Of a stretch of 64,000 nucleotides of DNA, positions 1 to 10,172 are shown piece after piece (the first letter of the stretch is position 1; the number at the start of each line of letters is the position of its first letter). The notes under the pieces were generated by a model. That model worked only from the letters and a program-made list of their open reading frames with translations. It was not told the origin of the DNA and ran no database searches. The DNA comes from Phocaeicola plebeius. Its GTDB lineage: Bacteria; Bacteroidota; Bacteroidia; Bacteroidales; Bacteroidaceae. The DNA is taken from contig SFDG01000014.1 of NCBI GenBank assembly GCA_004558305.1, positions 2,260 to 66,259 of the forward strand, given 5' to 3'. The position numbers were made by a program, and so were the translations under genes.

Positions 1-94
1 AAGCTCCGTATGCGTCTTCGATATCCGCATTCAGCCACTGTTTCCTCCGGGACACGGGAAGGCATCGAAGATGGGGCAAGCCAGAAGACCTGCC
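1..94 (+). promoter_or_regulatory. Cobalamin (B12) riboswitch, 3' part; the 5' part lies before the window
   Basis: Hallmark motifs GCCACTG (34-40), GGGAAGGC (56-63) and the B12 box AAGCCAGAAGACCTGCC (78-94), directly upstream of a TonB receptor/cob operon. Confidence 0.9.
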
Positions 95-293
95 AAAGTC
101 GTTGAGTGTGAAGCTTTCGGGAAATAAAAGCTGCGGACACCATACATGATGTTTCCTTCTCCGCATGACCGGTGTATGCGACTCGGCGATGTGGCCCCCT
201 TCCGGGCACTCTCCGGGAAGGCCTGTAAATGGCTCCGTGCGTGTCTTTTGTTCCTCCCGACAAGCCTTTTGGACAAAGAAAAAACGTGTAAGA

Positions 294-2657
294 ATGGACA
301 AGAACAGATGGACAGCACTGGTGGGACTGCTGTGGCTCTGCCTGCTGCAGGCCGCCGCACAGGGACAATGGACGCTTTCGGGTTTCGTGAAAGACATCCA
401 CGGGAATCCTGTGTCTGCTGCCGCCGTAGCCATACAGGGGACGGCAGCCGGTACCTATACGGACGACCACGGGGCGTATGCGCTGCGGCTGGCTCCGGGT
501 ACCCACCGGGTGACGGTCACTCTTGTCGGCTACGAGCCGCAGGAAGCGGAGGTCCGTCTGCGACAGAACGAGCGGCTGGACTTCGTGCTCCAGGAAGCGG
601 CCATCGGACTGGAGACGGTCACCGTGACGGGCAAGAGCAAGACCCAGCGTCTCCGCGAAGGTGCCTACGCCGTCAATGCCCTCGACATCCGGTCGCTGAG
701 CAGTTCCATCAGCAGCCTGAGCGACGTGGTCAACCGCACCACCGGCATCCGCATCCGGGAAGAGGGAGGAAAAGGCTCGGACTTTGACCTCTCCATCAAC
801 GGATTGTCGGGCAACTCCATCCGCTACTTTCTGGACGGTGTGCCCCTCGACACGAAGGGAACGGGAATGACGCTGGCCAACCTGCCGGTGAACCTCATCG
901 AACGCATTGAAATCTACAAAGGAGTCATCCCGGCCAGTCTGGACACAGATGCCCTGGGAGGGGCCATCAACATCATCACGCAGCAGCAACAGAAGAACTT
1001 TGCCGATGTGTCCTACGGCACCGGATCGTTCCACACCCACCAGCTGGATTTCAACGGCCAGTTCACCCTGCCCAAAACGTGCCTCATCATCCGTCCCGTA
1101 CTGGGCGTGAACTATTCGAAGAACGACTATAAAATGAAAGGCGTGGAAATCCGCAACGAGGACCGGACGGGGTTCATCGTCACCGACTGCCGCCGCTTCC
1201 ACGATGACTACCTCTCGCTGTTCGGACAAGTGGAAGCGGGCGTGAAGCGACAGCGGTGGGCGGATGAGTTTTTCGTGTCGGCCTCCATGGCCAAGACGGA
1301 CAAGGAGCTGCAGACGGGGTCGGTGCAGTCGTGGGTGTACGGCATGGCAGAGCGCAACACCCGTTCCTACAGCCTGGCGGCCCGCTACAGCAAAACGGAC
1401 TTCCTGGTGAAGGGACTGGATGTGCAGGCCCACTTGTCGCAGACCTGGGACCACTCGGCCACCATCGACACCACCTACCGGAAATACTACTGGGACGGGA
1501 GCTATATCAACGGTTCGTACAGTGAAATCCGGGGACGCGCACGCACCTGGCGCCACTACAAGCGGCCGATGACCCTGCTCCGCACCAACTGGGAATATTC
1601 CTGGAACGAACATCACTCGCTCAGCCTGAACTACCTGCTGAACCGTACGGGCAACCGCCAGTATGATGAGGTTGACCCGACCTATGTGCCGACCAACGAC
1701 GTGCTGCTGAAGCACGTGGCGAGCCTTTCGTACAATCAGTCGTTCTTCGGGGGGCGCATGGACAATGTGTTCTTCCTGAAGGAATACATCAACCACCTGA
1801 AGGTGGAGCAGACAGAGCTGGGCACCATCACGGGGGCCAGCGAGGCTCCGTCTGCTGACACGAAGGCTTTTCTGGGAGGGGGTGCGGGCAGCCGGTTCCG
1901 GCTGGCCGAACCGCTGGCCGTGAAGGCTTCTTACGAACACAGCGTGCGGCTGCCGATTGCCCGGGAACTGCTGGGCAACGGGTCGACCATCTATCCCAAC
2001 GTACTGTTGCGTCCCGAGTGCAGCGAGAATTTCAACCTCGGGGTATTCGGTACCTGGCAGTTGGGACGCAACCACCGGATTTACTACGAAGCGAACGGCT
2101 TCGTGCGGCTGGTGGACGACTATATCCAGGCCACTGTCACCGAGCAGGAGGGCATGATGCTGTACGAGAACGTGGAGGCCGTCCACGTGAAAGGCATAGA
2201 GGGGGAAATCCGCTACGACTGGAACGACCGCCTGCACCTCATGGCGAATGCCAGCTACCAGGATGCCCGCGACCAGCAGCCGTTCAAGAAAGACGGCAAG
2301 CCTTCGGTGACCTACAAGAACCGTACGCCGAACAAGCCTTGGGCTTTCGCCAATGCCGAAGCGGCCTACACGTTCCACAATGTGGGACTGCCTGCCAGCC
2401 GCCTGAAGCTGAGCATGGACTACCAGTGGGTCCATTGGTTCTACCTGACCTGGGAGGCGTACGGCTCGTCGAAGACCAAGGCCCGCGTGCCCTCGCAGCA
2501 CATCACCAATGCCTCGCTGCTCTACTCGTGGAACCAGGGCCGCTACAACCTCTCGCTGGAATGCACGAACCTGTTCGACAAGCTGGCCTACGACAACTAC
2601 ATGCTCCAGAAGCCGGGACGGGCTTTCTTTGCGAAATTCCGGCTGTTCCTCCAGTGA
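294..2657 (+). CDS. TonB-dependent outer-membrane receptor, riboswitch-controlled (corrinoid- or cobalt-related uptake)
   Basis: ORF 165..2657; likely start ATG 294 (MDKNRW.. signal peptide). Carboxypeptidase-regulatory-like N-domain, plug motif 'IERIEIYKG..GGAINII', C-terminal barrel strand 'QKPGRAFFAKFRLFLQ'. Confidence 0.9.
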   Translation: MDKNRWTALVGLLWLCLLQAAAQGQWTLSGFVKDIHGNPVSAAAVAIQGTAAGTYTDDHGAYALRLAPGTHRVTVTLVGYEPQEAEVRLRQNERLDFVLQEAAIGLETVTVTGKSKTQRLREGAYAVNALDIRSLSSSISSLSDVVNRTTGIRIREEGGKGSDFDLSINGLSGNSIRYFLDGVPLDTKGTGMTLANLPVNLIERIEIYKGVIPASLDTDALGGAINIITQQQQKNFADVSYGTGSFHTHQLDFNGQFTLPKTCLIIRPVLGVNYSKNDYKMKGVEIRNEDRTGFIVTDCRRFHDDYLSLFGQVEAGVKRQRWADEFFVSASMAKTDKELQTGSVQSWVYGMAERNTRSYSLAARYSKTDFLVKGLDVQAHLSQTWDHSATIDTTYRKYYWDGSYINGSYSEIRGRARTWRHYKRPMTLLRTNWEYSWNEHHSLSLNYLLNRTGNRQYDEVDPTYVPTNDVLLKHVASLSYNQSFFGGRMDNVFFLKEYINHLKVEQTELGTITGASEAPSADTKAFLGGGAGSRFRLAEPLAVKASYEHSVRLPIARELLGNGSTIYPNVLLRPECSENFNLGVFGTWQLGRNHRIYYEANGFVRLVDDYIQATVTEQEGMMLYENVEAVHVKGIEGEIRYDWNDRLHLMANASYQDARDQQPFKKDGKPSVTYKNRTPNKPWAFANAEAAYTFHNVGLPASRLKLSMDYQWVHWFYLTWEAYGSSKTKARVPSQHITNASLLYSWNQGRYNLSLECTNLFDKLAYDNYMLQKPGRAFFAKFRLFLQ

Positions 2658-2695
2658 TTTGAATGATTCATCAACCCAAATAACGAAAAACAGAT

Positions 2696-4021
2696 ATGAA
2701 AACAAAAAGATTCTTATGGAATGCCTGCATGGCCGTGTGCATGAGCCTTTCGGCCACATTGCTGACCGGATGCTCGGACGATGACGAGAAGGTGACCGAA
2801 CCGGAAACTCCGGAAGTGAAGACCACTTACCGCTTCGACCTGTTCGTCTGTGCCAAGAACCACGGCGGCATGAGCCAAAACAAGAACGGAACGTTCGTGC
2901 GCAACGTACCGGCACTGACCGCCGACCAGCCGATGGTGGAATTTACCGGCAAAGGGATTGACATCACCCAGTCGTACACCATGGAAAGCATCACGAAAGG
3001 CAAGTACTACTACCAGGTTCCCCAGTCACCCGCCGACCGGTTCTCGAAATTCCAGATCCTGACCGATGCCGAAGGCGATGAATACATCCAGACGGTGGCG
3101 GAAGTGCCGTTCAAGGAGAACACGTACTATGCCCGCAAGTACACCCATGCCTGGACGGACGATGCCACGTTGGTGATTGTCGGCACAGATGCTGCCCACA
3201 AGATTGTCTACTGGTCGAAACTGAAGGATACGGACACCTCCCTCAGCATCGAAAGCGAAGGCACACTGGACATCCCCCTGCCAGAGAACGCCAGCGCCCT
3301 GTCCACTTCGGGCATCCTGACCTATCGGGCATCGGACAAAAAACTATACTATTTCTATAACGCCAAGATAGCAGCCGGTATCACCCAGTCGTCTACGTCC
3401 ACCCTCTACATCGCCATCATCGACCCGGCTACCATGAAAGTGGAGTCGAACCTGCCGGTCGACAAAGCCCTGGCCGAGGAGACAGCCGCCAGTGCCTACG
3501 GCGAACTGATGCAGAACACGGTGATGTACGACGACCAGGACAATCTCTATTTGGCCTGCCTGAAGACCATCAACGATCAGGAATGCGGCACTCTGCTCCG
3601 CATGAACGCCGGCCAGACCACCTTCGACCCGACCTACAACGGATTCCCGAACCCTGAAGGCAAACTGCTGACCATCCAGTTTACCGGCCACGGAAAGGCA
3701 CTGGCCTATTCCAGTAACAACGAACTGGGGACGGGCAAGAACGACGTCAGCTACTTCTACTCCATCATCCGCCTCGCCGACGGCAGCCGCGAACGCCTGA
3801 AGTTCAACGGACAAGAGATGCGCTATTGCAGCGGCCGCTTCTCGCAGCGCAGTGTCGTGGTGGACGGCAAGACTTATTTCGGACTGACCGAAGGAACGGG
3901 CGAAGACGAGTATCCGACCATCTACATCTACGATGCCGAAACCGACAGCGTGGAAGAAGGAATCAAGCTGTCGAAAGGCTTCTGCTTCGACATCATCCGG
4001 GTAATGGAAGCTGAAGAATAA
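2696..4021 (+). CDS. Surface-exposed lipoprotein partner of the TonB receptor (DUF4374/beta-propeller-like)
   Basis: Lipobox LLTG-C followed by acidic SDDDE (Bacteroidetes surface-export-type signal); beta-rich; 38 nt after the receptor. Family call is by resemblance. Confidence 0.7.
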   Translation: MKTKRFLWNACMAVCMSLSATLLTGCSDDDEKVTEPETPEVKTTYRFDLFVCAKNHGGMSQNKNGTFVRNVPALTADQPMVEFTGKGIDITQSYTMESITKGKYYYQVPQSPADRFSKFQILTDAEGDEYIQTVAEVPFKENTYYARKYTHAWTDDATLVIVGTDAAHKIVYWSKLKDTDTSLSIESEGTLDIPLPENASALSTSGILTYRASDKKLYYFYNAKIAAGITQSSTSTLYIAIIDPATMKVESNLPVDKALAEETAASAYGELMQNTVMYDDQDNLYLACLKTINDQECGTLLRMNAGQTTFDPTYNGFPNPEGKLLTIQFTGHGKALAYSSNNELGTGKNDVSYFYSIIRLADGSRERLKFNGQEMRYCSGRFSQRSVVVDGKTYFGLTEGTGEDEYPTIYIYDAETDSVEEGIKLSKGFCFDIIRVMEAEE

Positions 4022-4037
4022 CTCTCTGGAAGACAGC

Positions 4038-5330
4038 ATGACTTCACAATTTCTGATAGGAGCAGCCTCATCGGAAAGCGGCAAGACCACTTTCACGATG
4101 GGGCTGCTGCGTGCCTTGAAGAACCGGGGCTGCCGCCTCCAGCCGTTCAAGAGCGGCCCCGATTACATCGACCCCCTGTTCCACACGCAGGCCTCGGGAC
4201 AGGAGTCGGTCAACCTGGATGTGTGGATGTCCTCCCCCGACCATGTGTGCACGCTGTATGCCACTTACGGGGCCGGTACGGATGCTTGTGTGGTGGAAGG
4301 CGTGATGGGCCTTTTCGACGGCTACGCCCGGTGGGAGGGCAGCAGCGGCGCACTGGCCGCCTTGCTCGGCATTCCGGTCATCCTGCTGGTCAATGCCCGT
4401 TCGGCAGCCTACTCGGTCGCCCCGCTCATCAGCGGCTTTGCCCACTTCCGGCCCGATGTACGGGTGGCGGGGGTGGTATTCAACCGGGTGGCTTCAGCGA
4501 GCCATTTCCAGCACCTGAAAGAAGCCTGCGACGATGTAGGGGTGGACTGCTTCGGCTACCTGCCCCAGTCGCCCGACATCCAAGTGCCTTCGCGCCACTT
4601 GGGACTGACCTTGGAGGCCCGGCAGGAAAGGGAAAAGCAGATAGCCTTGGCTGCCGACCTGATTGAACGCCATGTCGACATCGACCGGCTGCTGGCGGCC
4701 AGCCTCCTCCCCTCCCCTGTCTGTCCGCCCGTCCCGACTGTCCGTGGAAAACTGCGCGTGGCAGTGGCCCGTGACGATGCCTTCAACTTCATCTACCGCG
4801 AGAACCTGGCGCAACTGCAGCGGCTGGGAGAAGTGAACTTCTTCAGTCCGCTCCGCGGCGACCGGCTGCCCTCTGCCGACCTGGTCTACCTGCCCGGCGG
4901 CTATCCGGAACTGTTTGCCCCTACCCTGTCGGCCCGACGGAACACCCTGAACGACCTGAAGGACTATGCCGGACAAGGCGGACGACTGCTGGCCGAATGC
5001 GGGGGGATGATGTATCTCTCCCGATCCATCACCGATGCCGACGGCGAGCGGTCTTATCCCATGGCCGGCGTACTGCCCTTCGACTGTACCATGGCTCATG
5101 CCCGCTTGCACCTGGGCTACCGCCGTCTGGTCATCGGCGACAGCGAATGGAGGGGACACGAGTTCCACTACTCGGATATCGTACAGCCCGACGCACTGCC
5201 CTCCATCGCAGGACAGTTCAACGGAAAGGGCCTCCCCGTCGATACGTCCCTTTACCGAATCAAGAATGTCATTGCCGGCTACACCCACTTATACTGGGGC
5301 GACCGGAATATTTTGGAACTATGGAACTGA
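4038..5330 (+). CDS. cbiA: Cobyrinate a,c-diamide synthase
   Basis: SGKTT P-loop, FKSGPDYIDP, EGVMGLFDG, glutaminase motifs GGYPE / AECGG / GHEFHYS. Confidence 0.95.
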   Translation: MTSQFLIGAASSESGKTTFTMGLLRALKNRGCRLQPFKSGPDYIDPLFHTQASGQESVNLDVWMSSPDHVCTLYATYGAGTDACVVEGVMGLFDGYARWEGSSGALAALLGIPVILLVNARSAAYSVAPLISGFAHFRPDVRVAGVVFNRVASASHFQHLKEACDDVGVDCFGYLPQSPDIQVPSRHLGLTLEARQEREKQIALAADLIERHVDIDRLLAASLLPSPVCPPVPTVRGKLRVAVARDDAFNFIYRENLAQLQRLGEVNFFSPLRGDRLPSADLVYLPGGYPELFAPTLSARRNTLNDLKDYAGQGGRLLAECGGMMYLSRSITDADGERSYPMAGVLPFDCTMAHARLHLGYRRLVIGDSEWRGHEFHYSDIVQPDALPSIAGQFNGKGLPVDTSLYRIKNVIAGYTHLYWGDRNILELWN

Positions 5331-6511
5331 CAACAGAAAAATACCTCAAACGACTCGGCCACCTGTTGCTGGCCACCGCCGGCTGCACTGCCCTACTCCT
5401 GCTGGCCGGCTGCTCGGGCAAGAACCGCCAGCTGGCGGCCGACACGAGCGACGCTCCGGCCGGAGTGGCATTTGCCGAGCCCATTGTACCGGCCTACGCC
5501 GAAGGATTCCACGTGAACTACACAGACAGTTGCTGCCTGTTGGAGATTGCCGACCCCCAGCAAGAACAGCGGCGGATGTTCCGTTACGCCTTAGTGCCCC
5601 GGGGCCGCTGTCCGGAACGGCTGCCCGAAGGCTACACCCCCATCGAGGTACCGGTGCGCAGCGTCATCTGCATGACCTCGCTCCAGCTCTCCAACTTCAT
5701 CAAGCTGGACGAACTGCAGCGTGTGACCGGCATCACGAGTACCCGCCACCTCTTCAATGCCACCATCCGCGAGCAGCTGGCAGCAGGCAAGACCCACAAG
5801 ATCGGCATCGAGGGCAACTTCGACAACGAAATCATTCTCGGCATCCATCCCGATGTCATCCTGATTTCCCCCTTCAAGCGGGGCGGCTATGATGCACTCC
5901 GCGAGGTGGGCATTCCGCTGATTCCCCATCTGGGCTACAAGGAAACCAGTCCGTTGGGACAGGCCGAATGGGTGAAGTTCGTCGGCCTGCTCACGGGAAC
6001 GGAAGAAAAAGCCAACCGGGTCTTTGCGGACATCGAACAGCGATACCTCCACTGGAAGGAACTGGCGGCCCACGTGACGGAACGCCCGACGGTGTTCAGC
6101 GGCGACATGCGGGGCGGCAACTGGTATGCTGCGGGCGGACGGAGCTTCCTGGCCCGGCTGTTCGAGGATGCCGGTGCCGACTATTTCCTGAAGGACAATC
6201 CGCAGTCGGGCGGCGTCACCTTCGACTTCGAGACCGTCTACGAACAGGCTGCCACCGCCCGCTACTGGCGCATCGTGAACAGCCATCCGGGAAGCTATTC
6301 CTACGACCAGCTGAAGGCAGAAGACGCCCGATACGCCGACTTCCGGGCCTTCCGGGAGAAGGGGGTGATTTACTGCAACATGACCCGGAAGCCTTACTAC
6401 GAGAGTATGCCGGTAGAACCCGACCGCATCCTGGCCGACCTGATCCACGTGTTCCATCCCGACCTGCTGCCGGCTGATTACGAACCTGCCTATTACGACC
6501 TGCTGCGATGA
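5321..6511 (+). CDS. btuF: ABC transporter substrate-binding lipoprotein (BtuF/FecB type)
   Basis: Start ATG 5321 within ORF 4997..6511; lipobox LLAG-C; 'ETSPLGQAEWVKF' and 'PDRILADLI' motifs; coupled to the permease gene. Confidence 0.8.
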   Translation: MELTTEKYLKRLGHLLLATAGCTALLLLAGCSGKNRQLAADTSDAPAGVAFAEPIVPAYAEGFHVNYTDSCCLLEIADPQQEQRRMFRYALVPRGRCPERLPEGYTPIEVPVRSVICMTSLQLSNFIKLDELQRVTGITSTRHLFNATIREQLAAGKTHKIGIEGNFDNEIILGIHPDVILISPFKRGGYDALREVGIPLIPHLGYKETSPLGQAEWVKFVGLLTGTEEKANRVFADIEQRYLHWKELAAHVTERPTVFSGDMRGGNWYAAGGRSFLARLFEDAGADYFLKDNPQSGGVTFDFETVYEQAATARYWRIVNSHPGSYSYDQLKAEDARYADFRAFREKGVIYCNMTRKPYYESMPVEPDRILADLIHVFHPDLLPADYEPAYYDLLR

Positions 6512-7548
6512 AACCGTCTGTCTTTCTCCCCATGTGGCTGCTGGCAGGAACCGTAGTCCTGCTTTTCCTGCTCAACCTGTCGCTCGGCTCCGTCTCCATC
6601 CCCCTGCGCTCCATCTGGAACATCCTCTGGGGATTGGACGGAGACGAGTCTTTCATCTGGCATAACATCATCTGGAAATCACGGATGCCCCAAGCCCTGA
6701 CCGCCACCGTGGCCGGAGCAGGGCTGTCGGTCAGCGGCCTGCAGATGCAGACCGTCTTCCGTAACCCCCTGGCCGGTCCATCCGTCCTGGGCATCAGTTC
6801 GGGAGCCAGCCTGGGCGTGGCCTTTGTCGTCCTCCTCTCGGGCAGTCTGGGCGGCAGGGCCTTGAGCCAGCTGGGGGCCGTGGGCGAGGTAGCCCTGACC
6901 CTGGCCGCCATCGGCGGCGCACTGGCCGTCATGGCCCTCATCGTCTATGCCGCCCGGAAAGTGCACGGCCATGTCACCCTCCTCATCATCGGTGTCATGA
7001 TCGGCTACGTGGCCAATGCCGTCATCGGTGTCCTGAAGTTCTTCAGCGTGGAGGAAGACATCCGTGCCTATGTCATCTGGGGATTGGGCAGCTTTGCCCG
7101 TGTGTCGGGCAACCAGGTCACCGTCTTCGTGTGCATCATGGCCGTCCTCCTCCCTCTCTCCTTCCTGCTGGCCAAGACCCTGAACCTGTTGCTGCTGGGC
7201 GATGCGTATGCCCGCAACCTCGGGCTGAACATCCGCCAGGCCCGGCTGTGGGTCATCGGCTGTTCGGGCATACTGGTGGCCATCGTCACCGCCTACTGCG
7301 GGCCCATCGCCTTCCTCGGACTGGCCGTCCCCCATCTCTGCCGGGGCATCTTCCGCACCTCCGACCATCGGGTGCTGCTGCCTGCCTCCCTGCTGACCGG
7401 CAGTGCCTTGGCCCTGCTCTGCCACCTCATCGCCCGTCTGCCGGGCTTCGAAGGTGCCCTGCCCGTCAATTCGGTCACCGCCCTCGTCGGAGCACCGGTC
7501 GTGGTGTCCGTCCTGTTCAAGAAACGCCGTAACGATTGGAGTGAATGA
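6508..7548 (+). CDS. btuC: ABC transporter permease (BtuC/FecCD family)
   Basis: 'QTVFRNPLAGPSVLGISSGA', 'GDAYARNLG', 'GPIAFLGLAVPH'; ATGA overlap with the upstream gene. Confidence 0.85.
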   Translation: MKPSVFLPMWLLAGTVVLLFLLNLSLGSVSIPLRSIWNILWGLDGDESFIWHNIIWKSRMPQALTATVAGAGLSVSGLQMQTVFRNPLAGPSVLGISSGASLGVAFVVLLSGSLGGRALSQLGAVGEVALTLAAIGGALAVMALIVYAARKVHGHVTLLIIGVMIGYVANAVIGVLKFFSVEEDIRAYVIWGLGSFARVSGNQVTVFVCIMAVLLPLSFLLAKTLNLLLLGDAYARNLGLNIRQARLWVIGCSGILVAIVTAYCGPIAFLGLAVPHLCRGIFRTSDHRVLLPASLLTGSALALLCHLIARLPGFEGALPVNSVTALVGAPVVVSVLFKKRRNDWSE

Positions 7549-8567
7549 TGAAGAAGAAAGAAGAAACCATCCGCCTGGAACACCTGTCCACCGGCTATGC
7601 GGGCCGAAAAGGTCCCAAGGTCATTGCTACGGACATCAATGCCACCCTCTGCAGTGGCGAACTGACGTGCCTCATCGGGGCGAACGGGGCCGGAAAATCG
7701 ACCCTGCTGCGGACGCTATCGGCCTTCCTCCCCCCTTTAGCCGGAGAAGTCTGGCTACTGGGACGCCGACTGGAAGACTATACCGACAAGCAGCTGGCCA
7801 AAGTCATCGGGGTGGTGCTGACCGAGAAGTGCCACCTGCGCAACATGTCGGTCGCCGACCTCATCGGTATGGGACGCAGTCCCTACACCGGCTTCTGGGG
7901 AAGTTTCCGACCGGAAGACTACCGCATCGTCGAGGAAGCCCTCCGCCTGGTGGGCATCGAGGCCCTGAAAGAACGCAAGGTAGAGACCCTCAGCGACGGC
8001 GAGCGGCAAAAGGTCATGATTGCCAAGGCACTGGCACAGGAAACGCCGATTATCTTCCTCGACGAACCGACCGCCTTTCTCGACTACCCGAGCAAGGTGG
8101 ATATCCTGCACCTGCTCCACCGCCTTTCGCGGGAGATGAACAAGACCATCTTCCTCTCGACACACGACCTGGAACTGGCGTTGCAGATTGCCGACCAGCT
8201 GTGGCTGATGGACCGCCAGCAAGGAATATGGACGGGGACACCGGAAGACCTGGCCCTGGACGGACGGCTCGCCGGGTTCTTCCCGGCCCGCGGCATCGTC
8301 TTCGACAGCAGCACCGGCCTCTACCGCATTGACCAAGCCTATACGGCAGAAGTGCGACTGGAAGGCACCGGGTGCCGGGCAGCCATGGTGCAGAAGGCCC
8401 TGCGCCGCAACGGCATCCGGGCCCACAACGAGGCCTGCTCGACCTGCTGCATCCGGGCCGGTAAAGGCACGGATTTCCAACTACTGGACCACGAAGGGCA
8501 CGTGACCACCGTCCGTACCATCCGTGAACTGATAACGACGGTGGAAGAATTACTGCAACGACCATGA
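7545..8567 (+). CDS. btuD: ABC transporter ATP-binding protein (BtuD/FecE family)
   Basis: Walker A GANGAGKST, signature LSDGERQ, Walker B IIFLDEPT. Confidence 0.85.
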   Translation: MMKKKEETIRLEHLSTGYAGRKGPKVIATDINATLCSGELTCLIGANGAGKSTLLRTLSAFLPPLAGEVWLLGRRLEDYTDKQLAKVIGVVLTEKCHLRNMSVADLIGMGRSPYTGFWGSFRPEDYRIVEEALRLVGIEALKERKVETLSDGERQKVMIAKALAQETPIIFLDEPTAFLDYPSKVDILHLLHRLSREMNKTIFLSTHDLELALQIADQLWLMDRQQGIWTGTPEDLALDGRLAGFFPARGIVFDSSTGLYRIDQAYTAEVRLEGTGCRAAMVQKALRRNGIRAHNEACSTCCIRAGKGTDFQLLDHEGHVTTVRTIRELITTVEELLQRP

Positions 8568-9076
8568 AACACCTATTACTGATTACCGGCGGAGCCCGCT
8601 CCGGAAAGAGTGCCTACGCCGAACGGACCGCCCTCTCCCTGTCACCGAACCCCATCTATCTGGCCACCGCCCGCATCTGGGACGAAGACTTCCGGAAGCG
8701 GGTGGAACGCCACCGGCAGGCCCGGGGACCGGAGTGGACCAACATCGAGGAAGAAAAAGAGCTGAGCCGCCACTGCGTGGAAGGACGGGTAGTCCTGGTG
8801 GACTGCCTCACGCTGTGGTGCACGAACTTCTTCTTCGACCTGGATGCTGACATTGACCGCGCTTTCCAGGAACTCCGGCAGGAATTCGACCGGCTGACGG
8901 CCCAAGAAGCCACCTTCGTGATCGTGACCAACGAAATCGGTCTCGGAGGAACCTCGGAAAACGAAATGCAGCGGAAATTCACCGACCTGCAGGGATGGAT
9001 GAACCAGTATGTGGCAGCCAGGGCCGACGAAGTCGTACTGATGGTATCGGGCATCCCGGTCCGCATCAAAGGCTGA
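8564..9076 (+). CDS. cobU: Adenosylcobinamide kinase / guanylyltransferase
   Basis: '[14 protein letters not shown]', 'VLVDCLTLW', 'VTNEIGLG'. Confidence 0.95.
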   Translation: MKHLLLITGGARSGKSAYAERTALSLSPNPIYLATARIWDEDFRKRVERHRQARGPEWTNIEEEKELSRHCVEGRVVLVDCLTLWCTNFFFDLDADIDRAFQELRQEFDRLTAQEATFVIVTNEIGLGGTSENEMQRKFTDLQGWMNQYVAARADEVVLMVSGIPVRIKG

Positions 9077-9125
9077 ACCACCACGAACAGACCAAACAAG
9101 CAACGATACATATCACCGAATAGCA

Positions 9126-10169
9126 ATGAATATGAAAACATTCCACATCGAGCAGCCGGACGAACAACTCCGCCCTGCGCTCATAGACAAAATCAACAAC
9201 CTGACCAAGCCGAAAGGATCGTTGGGACGACTCGAAGAACTGGCCCTGCAGATTGGCATGATCCAGCAGACCCTCTCGCCCTGCCTCACCCGGCCGCAGA
9301 ACATCATCTTTGCCGCCGACCACGGCATCGTGGAAGAAGGAGTGAGCCTGTCTCCCAAGGAAATCACCTGGCAACAGATCAGCAACTTCCTCCACGGAGG
9401 AGCAGGGGTCAATTTCCTGTGCCGTCAACACGGTTTCGAACTGAAGATCGTGGATGCCGGTGTCGACTTCGAACTGCCGTATGAAAAGGGCATTATCAAC
9501 CGAAAGGTGCGGAGGGGCACCCGCAACTATCTGCACGAAGCCGCCATGACACAAGAAGAACTGGAGCAGTGCATCACCTCCGGCGCACAGCTGGTCTGCC
9601 AGTGCCACGAAGAGGGCAGCAACGTAATCAGCTTCGGCGAGATGGGTATCGGCAACACCTCTTCGTCCTCGCTCTGGATGAGCTGTCTGGCAGGAATTCC
9701 CCTGGAAGAATGCGTAGGAGCCGGCAGCGGGCTGGACCGTGAAGGCATCCGCCACAAGTATGAAGTGCTCCGCCGCGCCTTGGACAACTACCCGGGCACG
9801 GGCGAGCCGCTCGACATCCTTCGCTATTTCGGCGGACTGGAGATGGTCATGGCCGTAGGGGCCATGCTGCAGGCCGCCGAACTCCGGATGGTGATTCTGG
9901 TGGACGGCTTCATCATGACCAACTGTATGCTGGCAGCCAGCCGGCTCTATCCCGCCGTGACCGACTATGCCGTCTTCTGCCATTGCGGCGACGAAGCGGG
10001 CCACCGCCGGGTGCTCGATGCCCTTCATGCCCGCCCGCTGCTGGACCTCGGCCTGCGCCTGGGCGAAGGTACGGGAGCCATCTGCGCCTATCCCATTGTC
10101 GATTCGGCCGTCCGGATGATCAACGAGATGGACACCTTTGCCGGAGCAGCCATCACCAAATACTTCTGA
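9126..10169 (+). CDS. cobT: Nicotinate-nucleotide--dimethylbenzimidazole phosphoribosyltransferase
   Basis: '[13 protein letters not shown]', 'FAADHG', 'GEMGIGNT', 'LRLGEGTGA'; alternative start at 9132. Confidence 0.95.
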   Translation: MNMKTFHIEQPDEQLRPALIDKINNLTKPKGSLGRLEELALQIGMIQQTLSPCLTRPQNIIFAADHGIVEEGVSLSPKEITWQQISNFLHGGAGVNFLCRQHGFELKIVDAGVDFELPYEKGIINRKVRRGTRNYLHEAAMTQEELEQCITSGAQLVCQCHEEGSNVISFGEMGIGNTSSSSLWMSCLAGIPLEECVGAGSGLDREGIRHKYEVLRRALDNYPGTGEPLDILRYFGGLEMVMAVGAMLQAAELRMVILVDGFIMTNCMLAASRLYPAVTDYAVFCHCGDEAGHRRVLDALHARPLLDLGLRLGEGTGAICAYPIVDSAVRMINEMDTFAGAAITKYF

Positions 10170-10172
10170 CCC

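Noticed and set aside
146..787. 213-aa ORF and the upstream extension (165-293) of the receptor ORF
   Set aside because: Both overlap the riboswitch leader or the receptor in another frame; the signal peptide begins at ATG 294.
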